NCBI GenBank assembly: GCA_963716175.1
Contig: OY970296.1
Location: forward strand, 2,656,001 to 2,720,000
DNA length: 64,000 nt
DNA from: an uncultured Armatimonadetes bacterium
GTDB taxonomy: Bacteria > Armatimonadota > Hebobacteria > Hebobacterales > Hebobacteraceae
Reading direction: 5' to 3'
Part shown: positions 30,776 to 39,900 of the stretch, in pieces
Layout: the number at the start of each line of letters is the position of its first letter
Numbering within the stretch: position 1 is the first letter of the stretch
Position numbers and translations under genes: made by a program
The notes under the pieces: generated by a model
Databases searched by the model: none
Seen by the model: the letters and a program-made list of their open reading frames with translations, nothing else
What the model was told of the DNA's origin: nothing

Positions 30776-31597
30776 CTACACCTGCACCCGCAGTGGGCCT
30801 TTGAGGGCATAGCCGAAGATTAGCGACAACACCAGCCAGGGCCAGATCCAGTGCATCCGCCAGCCGCGCAAGCGCAGCCAGGCGTCCGGGTATGAGACTT
30901 CAACCCAGGCTGCGGGCCCAGCCGCGGCCAGGGGAGGCTCCCCCGGGTTGAGAAGCTGCGGCCAGACCCCATCGTCCACGCGCCGCGGTGCCACCCGGGT
31001 CATGTGGTCGCCCACCACGATCTCTTTGGTGAACTCCACTCCCTGCACGGCGAAGCGCAGCTCGTGTCTGCCGGGAGCAACCGCTCGCACCCGCCAGTCC
31101 ACCTCGCCCAAGGCCGGCATGCGCAGCGCCGGCGTCTCTACCCTGATACCCGGTGGTGCGGAGATGGTCACGTCGTCCACCGGCCCCGCCTCCGGACGGA
31201 TCTCCGCCGCCACTATCGCTTGCTCGCCCACGCGCAGGGGCCGATGCCCATAGCGCAGATCGGCCTGGAGAAGGAAGATCCCGACCGGAAGGATCATGCA
31301 GGCCAGCGGCACCAGGGCATAGCCGAGATAGCGCAGATCATCCACGAATACGCCGGCCTGGGAGCGCAGCACCACGGACAGCTCATCGCGGTAGAGCCAG
31401 ACTGCCAGCAGATGGGCGATGATCCGGTCCTTCGCGGCACGGATGCCGCGCTGGTTGGAGGTGTAGCGAAAGATCAGCAGCAGGACCAGGCCGGAAAGCA
31501 GCGAGATCGCCACGATCCCGAGCCAGGGGTTGGCTCGGGCGAAAGGCGCGAAGAACAGGTCGAACCCGCGTGTGATCGCGGCGTTGATCATCGCCAT
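30776..31597 (-). CDS. Membrane protein with EMC3/TMCO1/DUF106-like architecture
   Basis: TM1, charged helical hairpin (SNQRGIRAAKDRI), TM2, beta-rich domain, C-terminal WIWPWLVLSLIF TM; family call is inferred. Confidence 0.55.
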   Translation of the reverse strand: MAMINAAITRGFDLFFAPFARANPWLGIVAISLLSGLVLLLIFRYTSNQRGIRAAKDRIIAHLLAVWLYRDELSVVLRSQAGVFVDDLRYLGYALVPLACMILPVGIFLLQADLRYGHRPLRVGEQAIVAAEIRPEAGPVDDVTISAPPGIRVETPALRMPALGEVDWRVRAVAPGRHELRFAVQGVEFTKEIVVGDHMTRVAPRRVDDGVWPQLLNPGEPPLAAAGPAAWVEVSYPDAWLRLRGWRMHWIWPWLVLSLIFGYALKGPLRVQV

Positions 31598-31602
31598 ATG
31601 AT

Positions 31603-31682
31603 GTAGGGCAGGAGCGGAAGCGGCTAGGCCTGCTTCGCAGGCCGCCGCCCCGGCTGCCTCAGGCAGCCTAGGGGCTCCTGCC
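31603..31682. repeat. Branched palindrome (GTAG-flanked stem enclosing two hairpins)
   Basis: GGCAGGAGC/GCTCCTGCC outer stem; inner GGCCTGC-ttc-GCAGGCC and GGCTGCC-tca-GGCAGCC. Confidence 0.7.
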
Positions 31683-31696
31683 TCCTCCGTCGAAGT

Positions 31697-31888
31697 TCAG
31701 TCCAGATAGCCCAGACCCTGCAGGCGCTTCCTGATCTCCTCCTCCGTCTCGGCCTGCTCCAGCACGGCCGCCGCCTTCTCCAGAGCGTGGCGGATGAACT
31801 CCTCGGTGGAGGAATACCCGGCGGCCTCGGCGCAGCGCGCCAGCCGCTGGTAGAGGTCCCGGTCGAGCTTGATCTTGGGGCCGAACAT
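31697..31888 (-). CDS. 63-aa protein, ribbon-helix-helix-like N-terminus, C-terminal EEEIRKRLQGLGYLD motif
   Basis: GAGGA RBS; in operon orientation; KIKLD..LY..L...AE.AGYSS.EEFI pattern; tail shared with neighbours. Confidence 0.8.
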   Translation of the reverse strand: MFGPKIKLDRDLYQRLARCAEAAGYSSTEEFIRHALEKAAAVLEQAETEEEIRKRLQGLGYLD

Positions 31889-31898
31889 GATCTCATCC

Positions 31899-33938
31899 TC
31901 ACCAGATAGGTTTCCCGGACATGCCCTCCGCGACCGGGAGGCCGAATTCCGCCAGCAGGCTGGCGGTCACATCCGGCAGACCCGGGCTGAGCGCGCGGAT
32001 CGGCTTGCTGGCGAAGAGGATACCCGGCACCAGGGCGCGGTCGACGCAGTGGTCGCCACTCCATCTATCTGTGTTGTCCTCCACCAGGCGGGCCGTCACC
32101 TCGCCCAGCACCGACGCGTCCGAACAGCGGTAGGCATCAGCGTAGCCGATCACCAGGTCTGGCGCCCGATCCGGCACGCTGCCTGAATAGGCCTCATCCG
32201 ACAGGTAGACCTGCGCGATCACGGGCTCACCGGTGTCCGGGTCACGCGCCTGGCGCAGCTCATCCCGGAGCCGACGCGCCAGCGCGGGCCTTTCCGCGGG
32301 ATCCACCGAGCCGTCAACCTCCCTTCCTCGCAGATTGAGGTAGAGGCTGTTGAACCCCAGCCCGTAGGCCGCGGTCTGCCCCCAGTCCGCGTTGGAGAAG
32401 AGGTCGGCGCCGGCCTCCCACTCGGCCTTGCCCGCCAGATATCCATGCTGCGCCAGCCAGCCATTGAGGTTGAAGGCGCGACGGAACGGCGCGAACCCGT
32501 GGTCGGACATGACGATCAGGGTGGTGTCTCCGTCCATTGCCTCCAAGGCCTGACCTACCAGCTGGTCGGCGGTGCGATAGCAGTCCTCGATCACGGAGCC
32601 ATAGTCGCGGGCCAGGCGCGGATCGTAGGCGGGGTGCTTCGGGTCTATCGCCCGCCAGAACATGTGCTGGGTGCGATCGGTGGTGGAGAAGTAGTAGAAG
32701 AGAAGGCCGCGCCGGAACTCTTTCAGCAGGGACTCATACATCCGCCGCCCTTCTCCCAGCACGATGTCGGACTGGTGAAGGTACTCAGCATCATCCAGGA
32801 TGCCGTGCCTGAGGGCCTTGACGTCCTCGGGAAACCCCATGGTGTAGAACCGCCCGAACCGCTCGGCCAGCTCCCGCGCGAAGTCGCGGGGCGCGGCGAT
32901 GGGAAGGGCCGGATCCATCGGATCCAGATTGATGGGCGTGACGTAGAGCTTGAAGTGGGGAGCGGCTTCCTTGAGGTAGAAGCGACAGATGCCGGTCACG
33001 CTGCTGAGATGCGGCATCAGCTCAAACTGCACCGGCAACCAGTCGCTCCACTCCCCTTGGCGCAGCATCACCTGCTGGCCCTGCAGCATGATCCTGGCCA
33101 GCCTGTGCTCGCGGTCCAGCCAGACCTCGAAATCCGCAGAGGCCTGTGGGTTCCCCTCTCGCAGCGTGTTCTCTGGTCCGATGAGGCGAGCCCGCGTGCG
33201 GCCATTTGACATGGTCACGCGGTAGACCGCGCCCCCCGAGATGCCTCTCGCACCCGGCGGCGGCGCGTCGGTGTAGTAAGAGAACTCGCCATAGGTGCCT
33301 CGCAGGTCGGGCGCTCCCAGCCCGGCGAGCTGCTCGGCGCCGGTGTCCTGGGGCGGGAAGTTGGAGGGCACGCGGTAGACTGCGCAGGGCAGGCCTCTCT
33401 CGGTCAGCAGATCCCAGAAAGCCGGGCCGCGGCGGAGGCTCTCCACTCTTCCGTGCGACAGCGGTAGCTTCCATCGGCCAACAGGCAGAGTTCGCTTGGG
33501 CGCTTCTGTCTGCGCGATCGAGAGGTATGGCAGATAGGTCGCGGGATCGCGCTCGATAAAATCGTAGATCCCGTGCCCTCCCGGGTCGCGGCCCGCGATC
33601 AAGGTGGCCCAGGCCACCGGGCTCTGCGGCGGGATGCTGCTGGTGAGCGCGCGGAAGCCGCCCAGCTCCCGCAGCCGCGCGAAATGCGGCAGCTTACCCT
33701 CGGCCATCCAGCGCGCGACCAGCCTGGCGTCGAGGCCATCCAGCCCCACCAGGATCACCTTGCGCTCTCTCGCCCGGGGCGAGAGAGCCTTTCTGCCGCA
33801 CGAGGACAGCGCGGTCAGGTCAAAGGCCGCCAGCGCGCCCAGGGCGGCCAGCTTCTTCAGGGTGGCCCGTTTCGCCGGGTCCCTGGGGCCTCCCGGGTCG
33901 GTGCGCGGCAGCCGTTGCCGTGCTTCGTCTCTACTCAC
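31899..33938 (-). CDS. Alkaline phosphatase superfamily / NPP-type protein with Tat-like lipoprotein signal
   Basis: KRATLKK-hydrophobic-LSSC; GLDG, PPQSPVAW, TDRTQH, SDHG, WSGDH. Confidence 0.87.
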   Translation of the reverse strand: MSRDEARQRLPRTDPGGPRDPAKRATLKKLAALGALAAFDLTALSSCGRKALSPRARERKVILVGLDGLDARLVARWMAEGKLPHFARLRELGGFRALTSSIPPQSPVAWATLIAGRDPGGHGIYDFIERDPATYLPYLSIAQTEAPKRTLPVGRWKLPLSHGRVESLRRGPAFWDLLTERGLPCAVYRVPSNFPPQDTGAEQLAGLGAPDLRGTYGEFSYYTDAPPPGARGISGGAVYRVTMSNGRTRARLIGPENTLREGNPQASADFEVWLDREHRLARIMLQGQQVMLRQGEWSDWLPVQFELMPHLSSVTGICRFYLKEAAPHFKLYVTPINLDPMDPALPIAAPRDFARELAERFGRFYTMGFPEDVKALRHGILDDAEYLHQSDIVLGEGRRMYESLLKEFRRGLLFYYFSTTDRTQHMFWRAIDPKHPAYDPRLARDYGSVIEDCYRTADQLVGQALEAMDGDTTLIVMSDHGFAPFRRAFNLNGWLAQHGYLAGKAEWEAGADLFSNADWGQTAAYGLGFNSLYLNLRGREVDGSVDPAERPALARRLRDELRQARDPDTGEPVIAQVYLSDEAYSGSVPDRAPDLVIGYADAYRCSDASVLGEVTARLVEDNTDRWSGDHCVDRALVPGILFASKPIRALSPGLPDVTASLLAEFGLPVAEGMSGKPIW

Positions 33939-36113
33939 GTGCGAGTTCGTCCTTCCCGCTCGCCGGCAGCAGCGAGTGCCCCTCCATGTAAGCCGGGGCT
34001 TTCACCCCGAAGAGGGCGAGCACGGTGGGTGCGAGGTCAGTGATCGCCGCTCCGGTGGCCTGCAGCGGCCGACTGCAGAAGAGCACGCCGGGCACGCGCT
34101 CCGGGTCCACGCAATGATCTCCGCTCCAGCGCCGCCTGTTGTCCTCGATCACCGGGCCGGCCACCTGCCCTTGAGCTGCCGCCCAGGAGGCGCGATAGCC
34201 GGGGGCATAGCCTACCGTCAGGTCTGGCCCCGCGTCCAGGTAAGGGCCTGGGCTCACGGCCGCGGTGTCGAATACCCGCTCGATGGAAACCTGCCCTGTC
34301 TCGTCATCCCGCAGGCCGGTCAGTCGCGCTATCAGCTCTTGCTTGAGCGCGGCCGCCTCGCCGCTGCTCACTATTCCCTTCGCCTCGCGGCCGGCCAGGT
34401 TGAGGTAGATCCCACTCAACCCGAGCCCGTAAGCGCGCGTGCGATCCCAATCAACCTCGCGCAACCACTCGGCCTCTCCCGCCGCGCCCGGCCTCAGGGC
34501 AAGATAGCCCTCGCGAAGCAACCACACATTCAAGTTTACCCCTCGCCGGAAGGAGCCGAACCCATGATCGGAGAGGATAATGAGCACATCTCTGGGTCCG
34601 AGTTGCGACCGGACTTGGCCCACCAGCGCATCGGCCTGCTCATAGGCCTCCTCGACCACTTCTCCGAAGGCGGTCGTTTCCTTCCCCGGGTTGGCCGCCA
34701 GGCGCTCTTCCCGCTGCCGCCAGAACATGTGCTGCACGCGATCGGTGGTATCGAAAACGCAGACCACGCATCCCTTCCCGCCGTTGCGCAGGGCATCTTC
34801 CAGCATCCTTACTCGCTCGGCAAACAGGAGCTGGCATTGGCGCAGGAAGGAGGCCTCATCCAGGACTCCCTCGTTCAGTGCCCAGGTGTCTTCGGCCAGC
34901 CCCAGGGTAGCATAGCGCCCCAGCCGCTTGGACAGGTAGATGGAGTAGGCGACCGGGTGGGACACCGGCAGGGCAGGCCGCTCGGGGTCAATGTTGATGG
35001 GCGAGATGTATAGCTGCACCTCGGGTGCGAGCTGCTTGAGGTAGCAGCGGACAATGCCGCTGGCGCTGCGGCCAGGCCCCAACCGGAAGCTCACCGGGAC
35101 CCAATCGGAGTACTCGCCCGGGCGCAGGGAAACGCGCTGCCCCGCGATCTCCAGGCGGGCGGCACCGTGGCCGTCAGGTCGAAGCGCGAAGCGCGCCTGT
35201 GCCGGCTTGTCGCTTCCTGGGAGGGGAGGACCGGGAAGGGTGCCGCGAAGCACGCCGTTGTCCCGGGCCAGCGGCAGGCGCTGGCCGCCGATGTGATCGG
35301 CTGACGCCGCGCTCTCGGTAGTGAGGAAAGTGAAAGACCCCTGGGTTCCCCGCAGGTCAGGCACGCACATGCCAGAGAGCAGCAGACCATAGAAGGGCTC
35401 GGGCGGAAAGGTGATCGGCACCCGCAGCACGGTGGAGAAGACGCCGTGCTCCCCCAGCACTGACCAGAAAGGTTTGCTTCTCCGCAGCAAGCGCAAGGTC
35501 GGCTTCGCCAACGGAATCCGCAGACCGCCCAGGCGCAGCACGCGCCGCGGCGGCCGGATCTGCGCGGATGAGAGGTCGGGCAGATAGGTGCGGGGATCGC
35601 GGTGCAGGAAGTCGTAGATGCCATGCCGGCCCGGCCCGGTCCCGGTCATGAAGGAGGACCAGGCAACCGGTGACATGGCGGGACAGGTCGTCTTGAGCCT
35701 GCTATAGGCCCCCGTGTCGCGCAGTTGGGTTAGATGCGGCAAGCGCCCGGCCGCCATCATGGGCTCCGCGATCTTGGGATCCATGCCATCCAGGCCCAGG
35801 ATCACGACCCAATCCACTTGGCTGCTGGCATAGGCTCTCCGCCGCCGGCGCCGCGGATCAGGAATCGGAGCGGCCACGTCAGCAGCACCAGGCCGCCGAG
35901 CACGATGGCCGCCACCATCACGAGGAAGGAGCCAAGCACCGCGAACCCGGCGCCGGGACCGATGTAGGCGTAGGCAGGCGAGGACGAGCAGAGAGCAGCG
36001 AGGATGCCAGTTGCGAGGATGAGCGCGCGCGGCCACAGGCGCGGTGCGGCCGCGGAATGTCCGCGCGAGGATGGCGTTGTAAGACCTCCCCAGAAACCGA
36101 ATCCCTGAGACAC
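33931..36113 (-). CDS. Membrane-anchored alkaline phosphatase superfamily / NPP-type protein; frameshifted at about 35851
   Basis: Signal AYA-YIGPGAG plus TM in ORF 35802-36113 joins RRRRR-AY...GLDG, PAMSPVAW, TDRVQH, SDHG, WSGDH in ORF 33931-36036; start uncertain. Confidence 0.8.
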
Positions 36114-36209
36114 TTCACTTATGGTATTCGCCGGGACACCCGCAGGCCCCTGTTGTCATGCTGCTTTACAGCCCATGCCTGCTGGGGTAAGCTTAGGCCA
36201 GAGCGCTCC

Positions 36210-37697
36210 ATGTCCGGTCAACGACGTCGCTATCTCTGGGTTCTCTGGCTGCTGTTCCTGCCGCTGTTCGCTTTCGCCGTCTACCACGCGTATTCGCGCT
36301 GGCAGGCCTCAGCCTTCGAGGCGGCGCCGTTCACGCCGGATGGACCTGAGGTGTCCCGCCTGCGCGGAGCGGCACAGGATGCCAACCTTGTGGTGTGTTC
36401 GCTTGACGCGGCCCGCGCCGACCACCTGGGCTGCTACGGGTATCCGCGAGACACCACGCCCAATCTCGATCGGCTGGCGCGCCAGTCCCTCGTGTTCCGG
36501 GAGCACTTCACGCAATACGTCTCGACCAAGCCCTCTGTCGCGTCTTTGCTGACGTCTCAATACAGCGACACCCACCTCGCCACCGAAGATCGCACTATGC
36601 TGGAGGGAACTTTCACTCTGGTACGCGGCCTGCGCGCCGCCGGCTTTCGCACCGTCCTGTTCAGCTCGAACCCCAACGCGTCGCCCGGCATGGGGATCGG
36701 CCGCGACTTCCAGGAGATCTACGATCAGACAGATATCAAGCCACTGGTGCGGCGATGGGAGGAGCTGACTCGCCCGGACCCGCTCCTCACCCTCATTGGC
36801 TCCTGGCTGAAGCAGCACGGGCGCTCGCGCTTCTTCGCCTACATCCACTTCGATCCGCCGCACCAGCCCTACCTTCAGCCCGCGGAGATGACGGCTCTCT
36901 TCGCGGGCCGGCAGCCGCCGAACTTCCAGCCTGGCGACTATCCATTCCCGGTCGGTGACAAGAAGACACTGGCCACCGCCGCCCACCCGCCGCTGCCGGA
37001 GTGGATCAACCTCTACGATGCAAATCTGCGCTACGCCGACTGGGCGGTGGGAGAGTTGGAGCGGCTGCTGAAGGAGGCCGGCGTCTTCGAGCATACTCTG
37101 TTCATCGTCACCGCGGATCACGGCGAGGCCTTCGGCGAACACGGCTATATCTGGCACGAGCGCGGAGTGTACGATGAGCTGACTCACATCCCGCTGATCG
37201 TGAAGTGGCCCGGCGAGAGCGGCCCGGCGCGATCGGTGCCGGCGCTGACTGAGAGCGTGGACCTGCTGCCCACGGTGTTCGATCTCTTCAGGATTCGCTA
37301 TCCCCGGGAGGGGGTTCAGGGTCGCTCGCTGCTGCCCCTGATCGCCGGCATCGCTGACAGGGTCCACGACTACGTCTTCTGTCGGTCCGATGGCAAACCC
37401 CCGAGCTATCTGGTGCGGAGCCTTCGTTACACGCTGATCCTGTACGGCAACGGCAAGTGGCGGGCGCTCTACGACTTAGGGGCCGACCCAGGAGAGCGCC
37501 ACGACATCATCGCGGAACAGCGAGGAGAAGCGGAACGCCTGCTCGCGGCCTTCGAGACCTTTGCTCGCAGTCAGCGCAGGCCGCCCGTGGATTTCCTGAG
37601 CCCGGATGCCGAGCCGGCCCCACTGCCGGAGGTGCCCAGGGCAACCTTGACGGAGGAGGAGAAGAAGCGGCTGCGCGGATTGGGCTACCTGCGCTAG
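36210..37697 (+). CDS. Sulfatase-like hydrolase/transferase (Thr at nucleophile position), N-terminal TM
   Basis: SLDAARADHL, TPNLD, STKPSVASLLTS, TADHGEAF; C-terminal EEEKKRLRGLGYLR. Confidence 0.87.
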   Translation: MSGQRRRYLWVLWLLFLPLFAFAVYHAYSRWQASAFEAAPFTPDGPEVSRLRGAAQDANLVVCSLDAARADHLGCYGYPRDTTPNLDRLARQSLVFREHFTQYVSTKPSVASLLTSQYSDTHLATEDRTMLEGTFTLVRGLRAAGFRTVLFSSNPNASPGMGIGRDFQEIYDQTDIKPLVRRWEELTRPDPLLTLIGSWLKQHGRSRFFAYIHFDPPHQPYLQPAEMTALFAGRQPPNFQPGDYPFPVGDKKTLATAAHPPLPEWINLYDANLRYADWAVGELERLLKEAGVFEHTLFIVTADHGEAFGEHGYIWHERGVYDELTHIPLIVKWPGESGPARSVPALTESVDLLPTVFDLFRIRYPREGVQGRSLLPLIAGIADRVHDYVFCRSDGKPPSYLVRSLRYTLILYGNGKWRALYDLGADPGERHDIIAEQRGEAERLLAAFETFARSQRRPPVDFLSPDAEPAPLPEVPRATLTEEEKKRLRGLGYLR

Positions 37698-37718
37698 CGG
37701 AGGGCAGGTGAGTCTGCG

Positions 37719-39146
37719 CTACTTGAGGTACCCCAGGGCCCTCAGCGCCTCCAGCTCGCGCTCGCTGGCGGGCTGAGTGCCTTGGGGTGCGGGCGGGTGC
37801 TGTGCCAGCACCTCGCGTAGGTCTCCCTCCAGGCGCGCTACTGCGTCGGGCCTGGCGGCCGCCAGGTTCGTTTTCTCGCCGGGGTCTTGCGAGAGATCGT
37901 ACAGCTCCACTCCCCCGGGCGATGCAATCAGCTTGAGACTGCCGTCCCGAACCGCCTCCATCTTCCGGGACGGAAGCTCGGCCAGACCGATGCGGGGCGG
38001 AATCTTCTCCCCCTGCAGCAGCGCCTGGTAGAAGCTGTGGCCAGACATCTTCGCGCTGGTCTTGATGCCGGCGGCGTCGAGCAGGGTGGGGACGAGATCG
38101 ATGCCCTCGACCAGCTCCTGCACCTCCTGCCCGCCCCGCAGGCCTGGTAGGCGCAGGATCAGAGGCACCCGGAGCAGCTCCTGGTAAAGCGATCCGCCGT
38201 GCTTGATCTCCTGGTGCTCGAGGAAGGCCTCCCCATGATCGGCGGTGACGACGATGATAGTGTCGTCGTACAGCCCGAGGTGCTTGAGGCGCAGCAGCAG
38301 CTCCTCGATGTAGTGGTCGGCGCAGGCCACCTCGCCATCATAGAGATCGCTGAGGCGCTCCACGTCTCGCCGCGACAGGCCATGCTCGGCGAGAGCCCGG
38401 TCGGTCACCGGGGTCCACTGCTGAGGGTCGAAGACGGCGTTGTAGTCGGCGTTGACTTGGTTGTCCCTGGAGGTATAGCCAGGCCGGCCGAAGGCGGCGA
38501 AGGCCGAAGGCGGCCGGTACTGGTTGTGAGTATCCAGGTAGTGGAGATAGAGGAAGAACGGCCCCTGGCCAGGCCGGTAGCGATCCAGCCACAGCTGTGC
38601 GCGCTGGTTGAGCTTGTCCGCTGATTTGAGCTGCCATACCGAGACCCGCCCGCACTCCTGGTCGAAGTAGTCGAAGCCCCGGTCTACCCCGATGCCGGGC
38701 CCCACCAGCGGACTGGCGGAGATCGCCGCGGTGACATACCCGTGTTTTTTGAGCATCTCGGCAAGTGTGGGAAGGCGCAGGCCCGGGCCCGAGTACACCT
38801 TGCCGTCCAGCTGGACCCACAGCACACCATGCTCCCGCGGCAGCCGGCCTGTGAGCAGGGATGGAATCGAGGTGACGGTCTCTGCCCCCTGGGCCATGGC
38901 GTCGGTGAACAGCACCCCTTCTGCCGCGAGGGCGTCGAGGTTGGGCGAAGTCGGCCGGTCGTAACCATAGCAGCTCAGGCGGTCGGCGCGCATGGCATCC
39001 ACCACGATGAGCACGATGTTGGGCCCCCGGTTCTCGGGTGCGGCCTCCCTGCGCCCACACCCAGGGGCGAGCAGCAAGAGCACCGCCACCAGCGCGGTCG
39101 GGATCAGCCGAGCCCGCCGACCGGTCTTCCGGATGCACTCACTCAT
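37719..39146 (-). CDS. Sulfatase-like lipoprotein (Thr at nucleophile position)
   Basis: LAPGC lipobox-like; VDAMRADRL, ETVTSIPSLLTG, YLHYLDTH, TADHGEAF; C-terminal ELEALRALGYLK. Confidence 0.87.
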   Translation of the reverse strand: MSECIRKTGRRARLIPTALVAVLLLLAPGCGRREAAPENRGPNIVLIVVDAMRADRLSCYGYDRPTSPNLDALAAEGVLFTDAMAQGAETVTSIPSLLTGRLPREHGVLWVQLDGKVYSGPGLRLPTLAEMLKKHGYVTAAISASPLVGPGIGVDRGFDYFDQECGRVSVWQLKSADKLNQRAQLWLDRYRPGQGPFFLYLHYLDTHNQYRPPSAFAAFGRPGYTSRDNQVNADYNAVFDPQQWTPVTDRALAEHGLSRRDVERLSDLYDGEVACADHYIEELLLRLKHLGLYDDTIIVVTADHGEAFLEHQEIKHGGSLYQELLRVPLILRLPGLRGGQEVQELVEGIDLVPTLLDAAGIKTSAKMSGHSFYQALLQGEKIPPRIGLAELPSRKMEAVRDGSLKLIASPGGVELYDLSQDPGEKTNLAAARPDAVARLEGDLREVLAQHPPAPQGTQPASERELEALRALGYLK

Positions 39147-39192
39147 GACGATTCCTGTCTCGGCGCGCCAGCGCAAGAAGCGGGGCGGTCCG

Positions 39193-39900
39193 CTAGCTCC
39201 CAGCCCCGTGCCGACGGAGCAACGCCACCGCCGCCGCACGGCCCTTCGATCGGGCCTCGTACAACGGGGTCAGGCCCAGCTTGTTCCTCGCGTTCGGGTT
39301 CCCGCCCTTGGCCAGCAGGACGGCCAGCACGTCGGTGTGGCCTTCATAGGCGGCATGATGAAGAGGAGTCCAGCCCTGGTTGTCCTGGGCATTGGGATCT
39401 GCTCCTCTGGAGAGCAGGATCTCCGCCACCCGTTTCCGGTCTTCATCGGCCGCATGATGTAGAGGAGCCAGCCCGGCGTCGTCCCTGGCATTGGCGTTCG
39501 CGCCCCGCGTGAGCAGCAGCTCCACCGATTCCGTGCGTCCCATTCCCACGGCCATGTGCAGCGGTGTCCAGCCGCGCTCCTCCCGCGCATTGGCATCGGC
39601 TCCTTTGGAGAGCAGCAGCGCGGCGGCTTTAACCTGCCCCTCGACCGCGGCGTAGTGGAGCGGTGTCATGCCGAACTCATCCCTGGCGTTGATGTTCTCG
39701 CCTCTTGAGAGGGAGGTCTCGAGGGATCTGAGCAATCCCTTCTCTGCCGCTCGGTGCAGCACTGTGAACTGGCCCCTCTCGCAGCTCTCCTCTCGGGTTC
39801 GCGGCTGGCGCGCCCTCCGCAGACCAAGTGCCGTGGCGCCGATGCCCAGAGCCAACAGGATCATCCCGCCAGCGATGAAGAGAATGCGCCGGATTGACAC
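39193..39900 (-). CDS. Ankyrin repeat protein with N-terminal TM/signal
   Basis: Repeated G.TPLH.AA...LL..GA..NA units; start inferred. Confidence 0.9.
   Translation of the reverse strand: MSIRRILFIAGGMILLALGIGATALGLRRARQPRTREESCERGQFTVLHRAAEKGLLRSLETSLSRGENINARDEFGMTPLHYAAVEGQVKAAALLLSKGADANAREERGWTPLHMAVGMGRTESVELLLTRGANANARDDAGLAPLHHAADEDRKRVAEILLSRGADPNAQDNQGWTPLHHAAYEGHTDVLAVLLAKGGNPNARNKLGLTPLYEARSKGRAAAVALLRRHGAGS

Noticed and set aside
31310-31345. Internal LRYLGY in the membrane protein resembling the shared LGY tail
   Set aside because: Not C-terminal, lacks the Glu-rich lead-in and precedes a TM helix; may be chance
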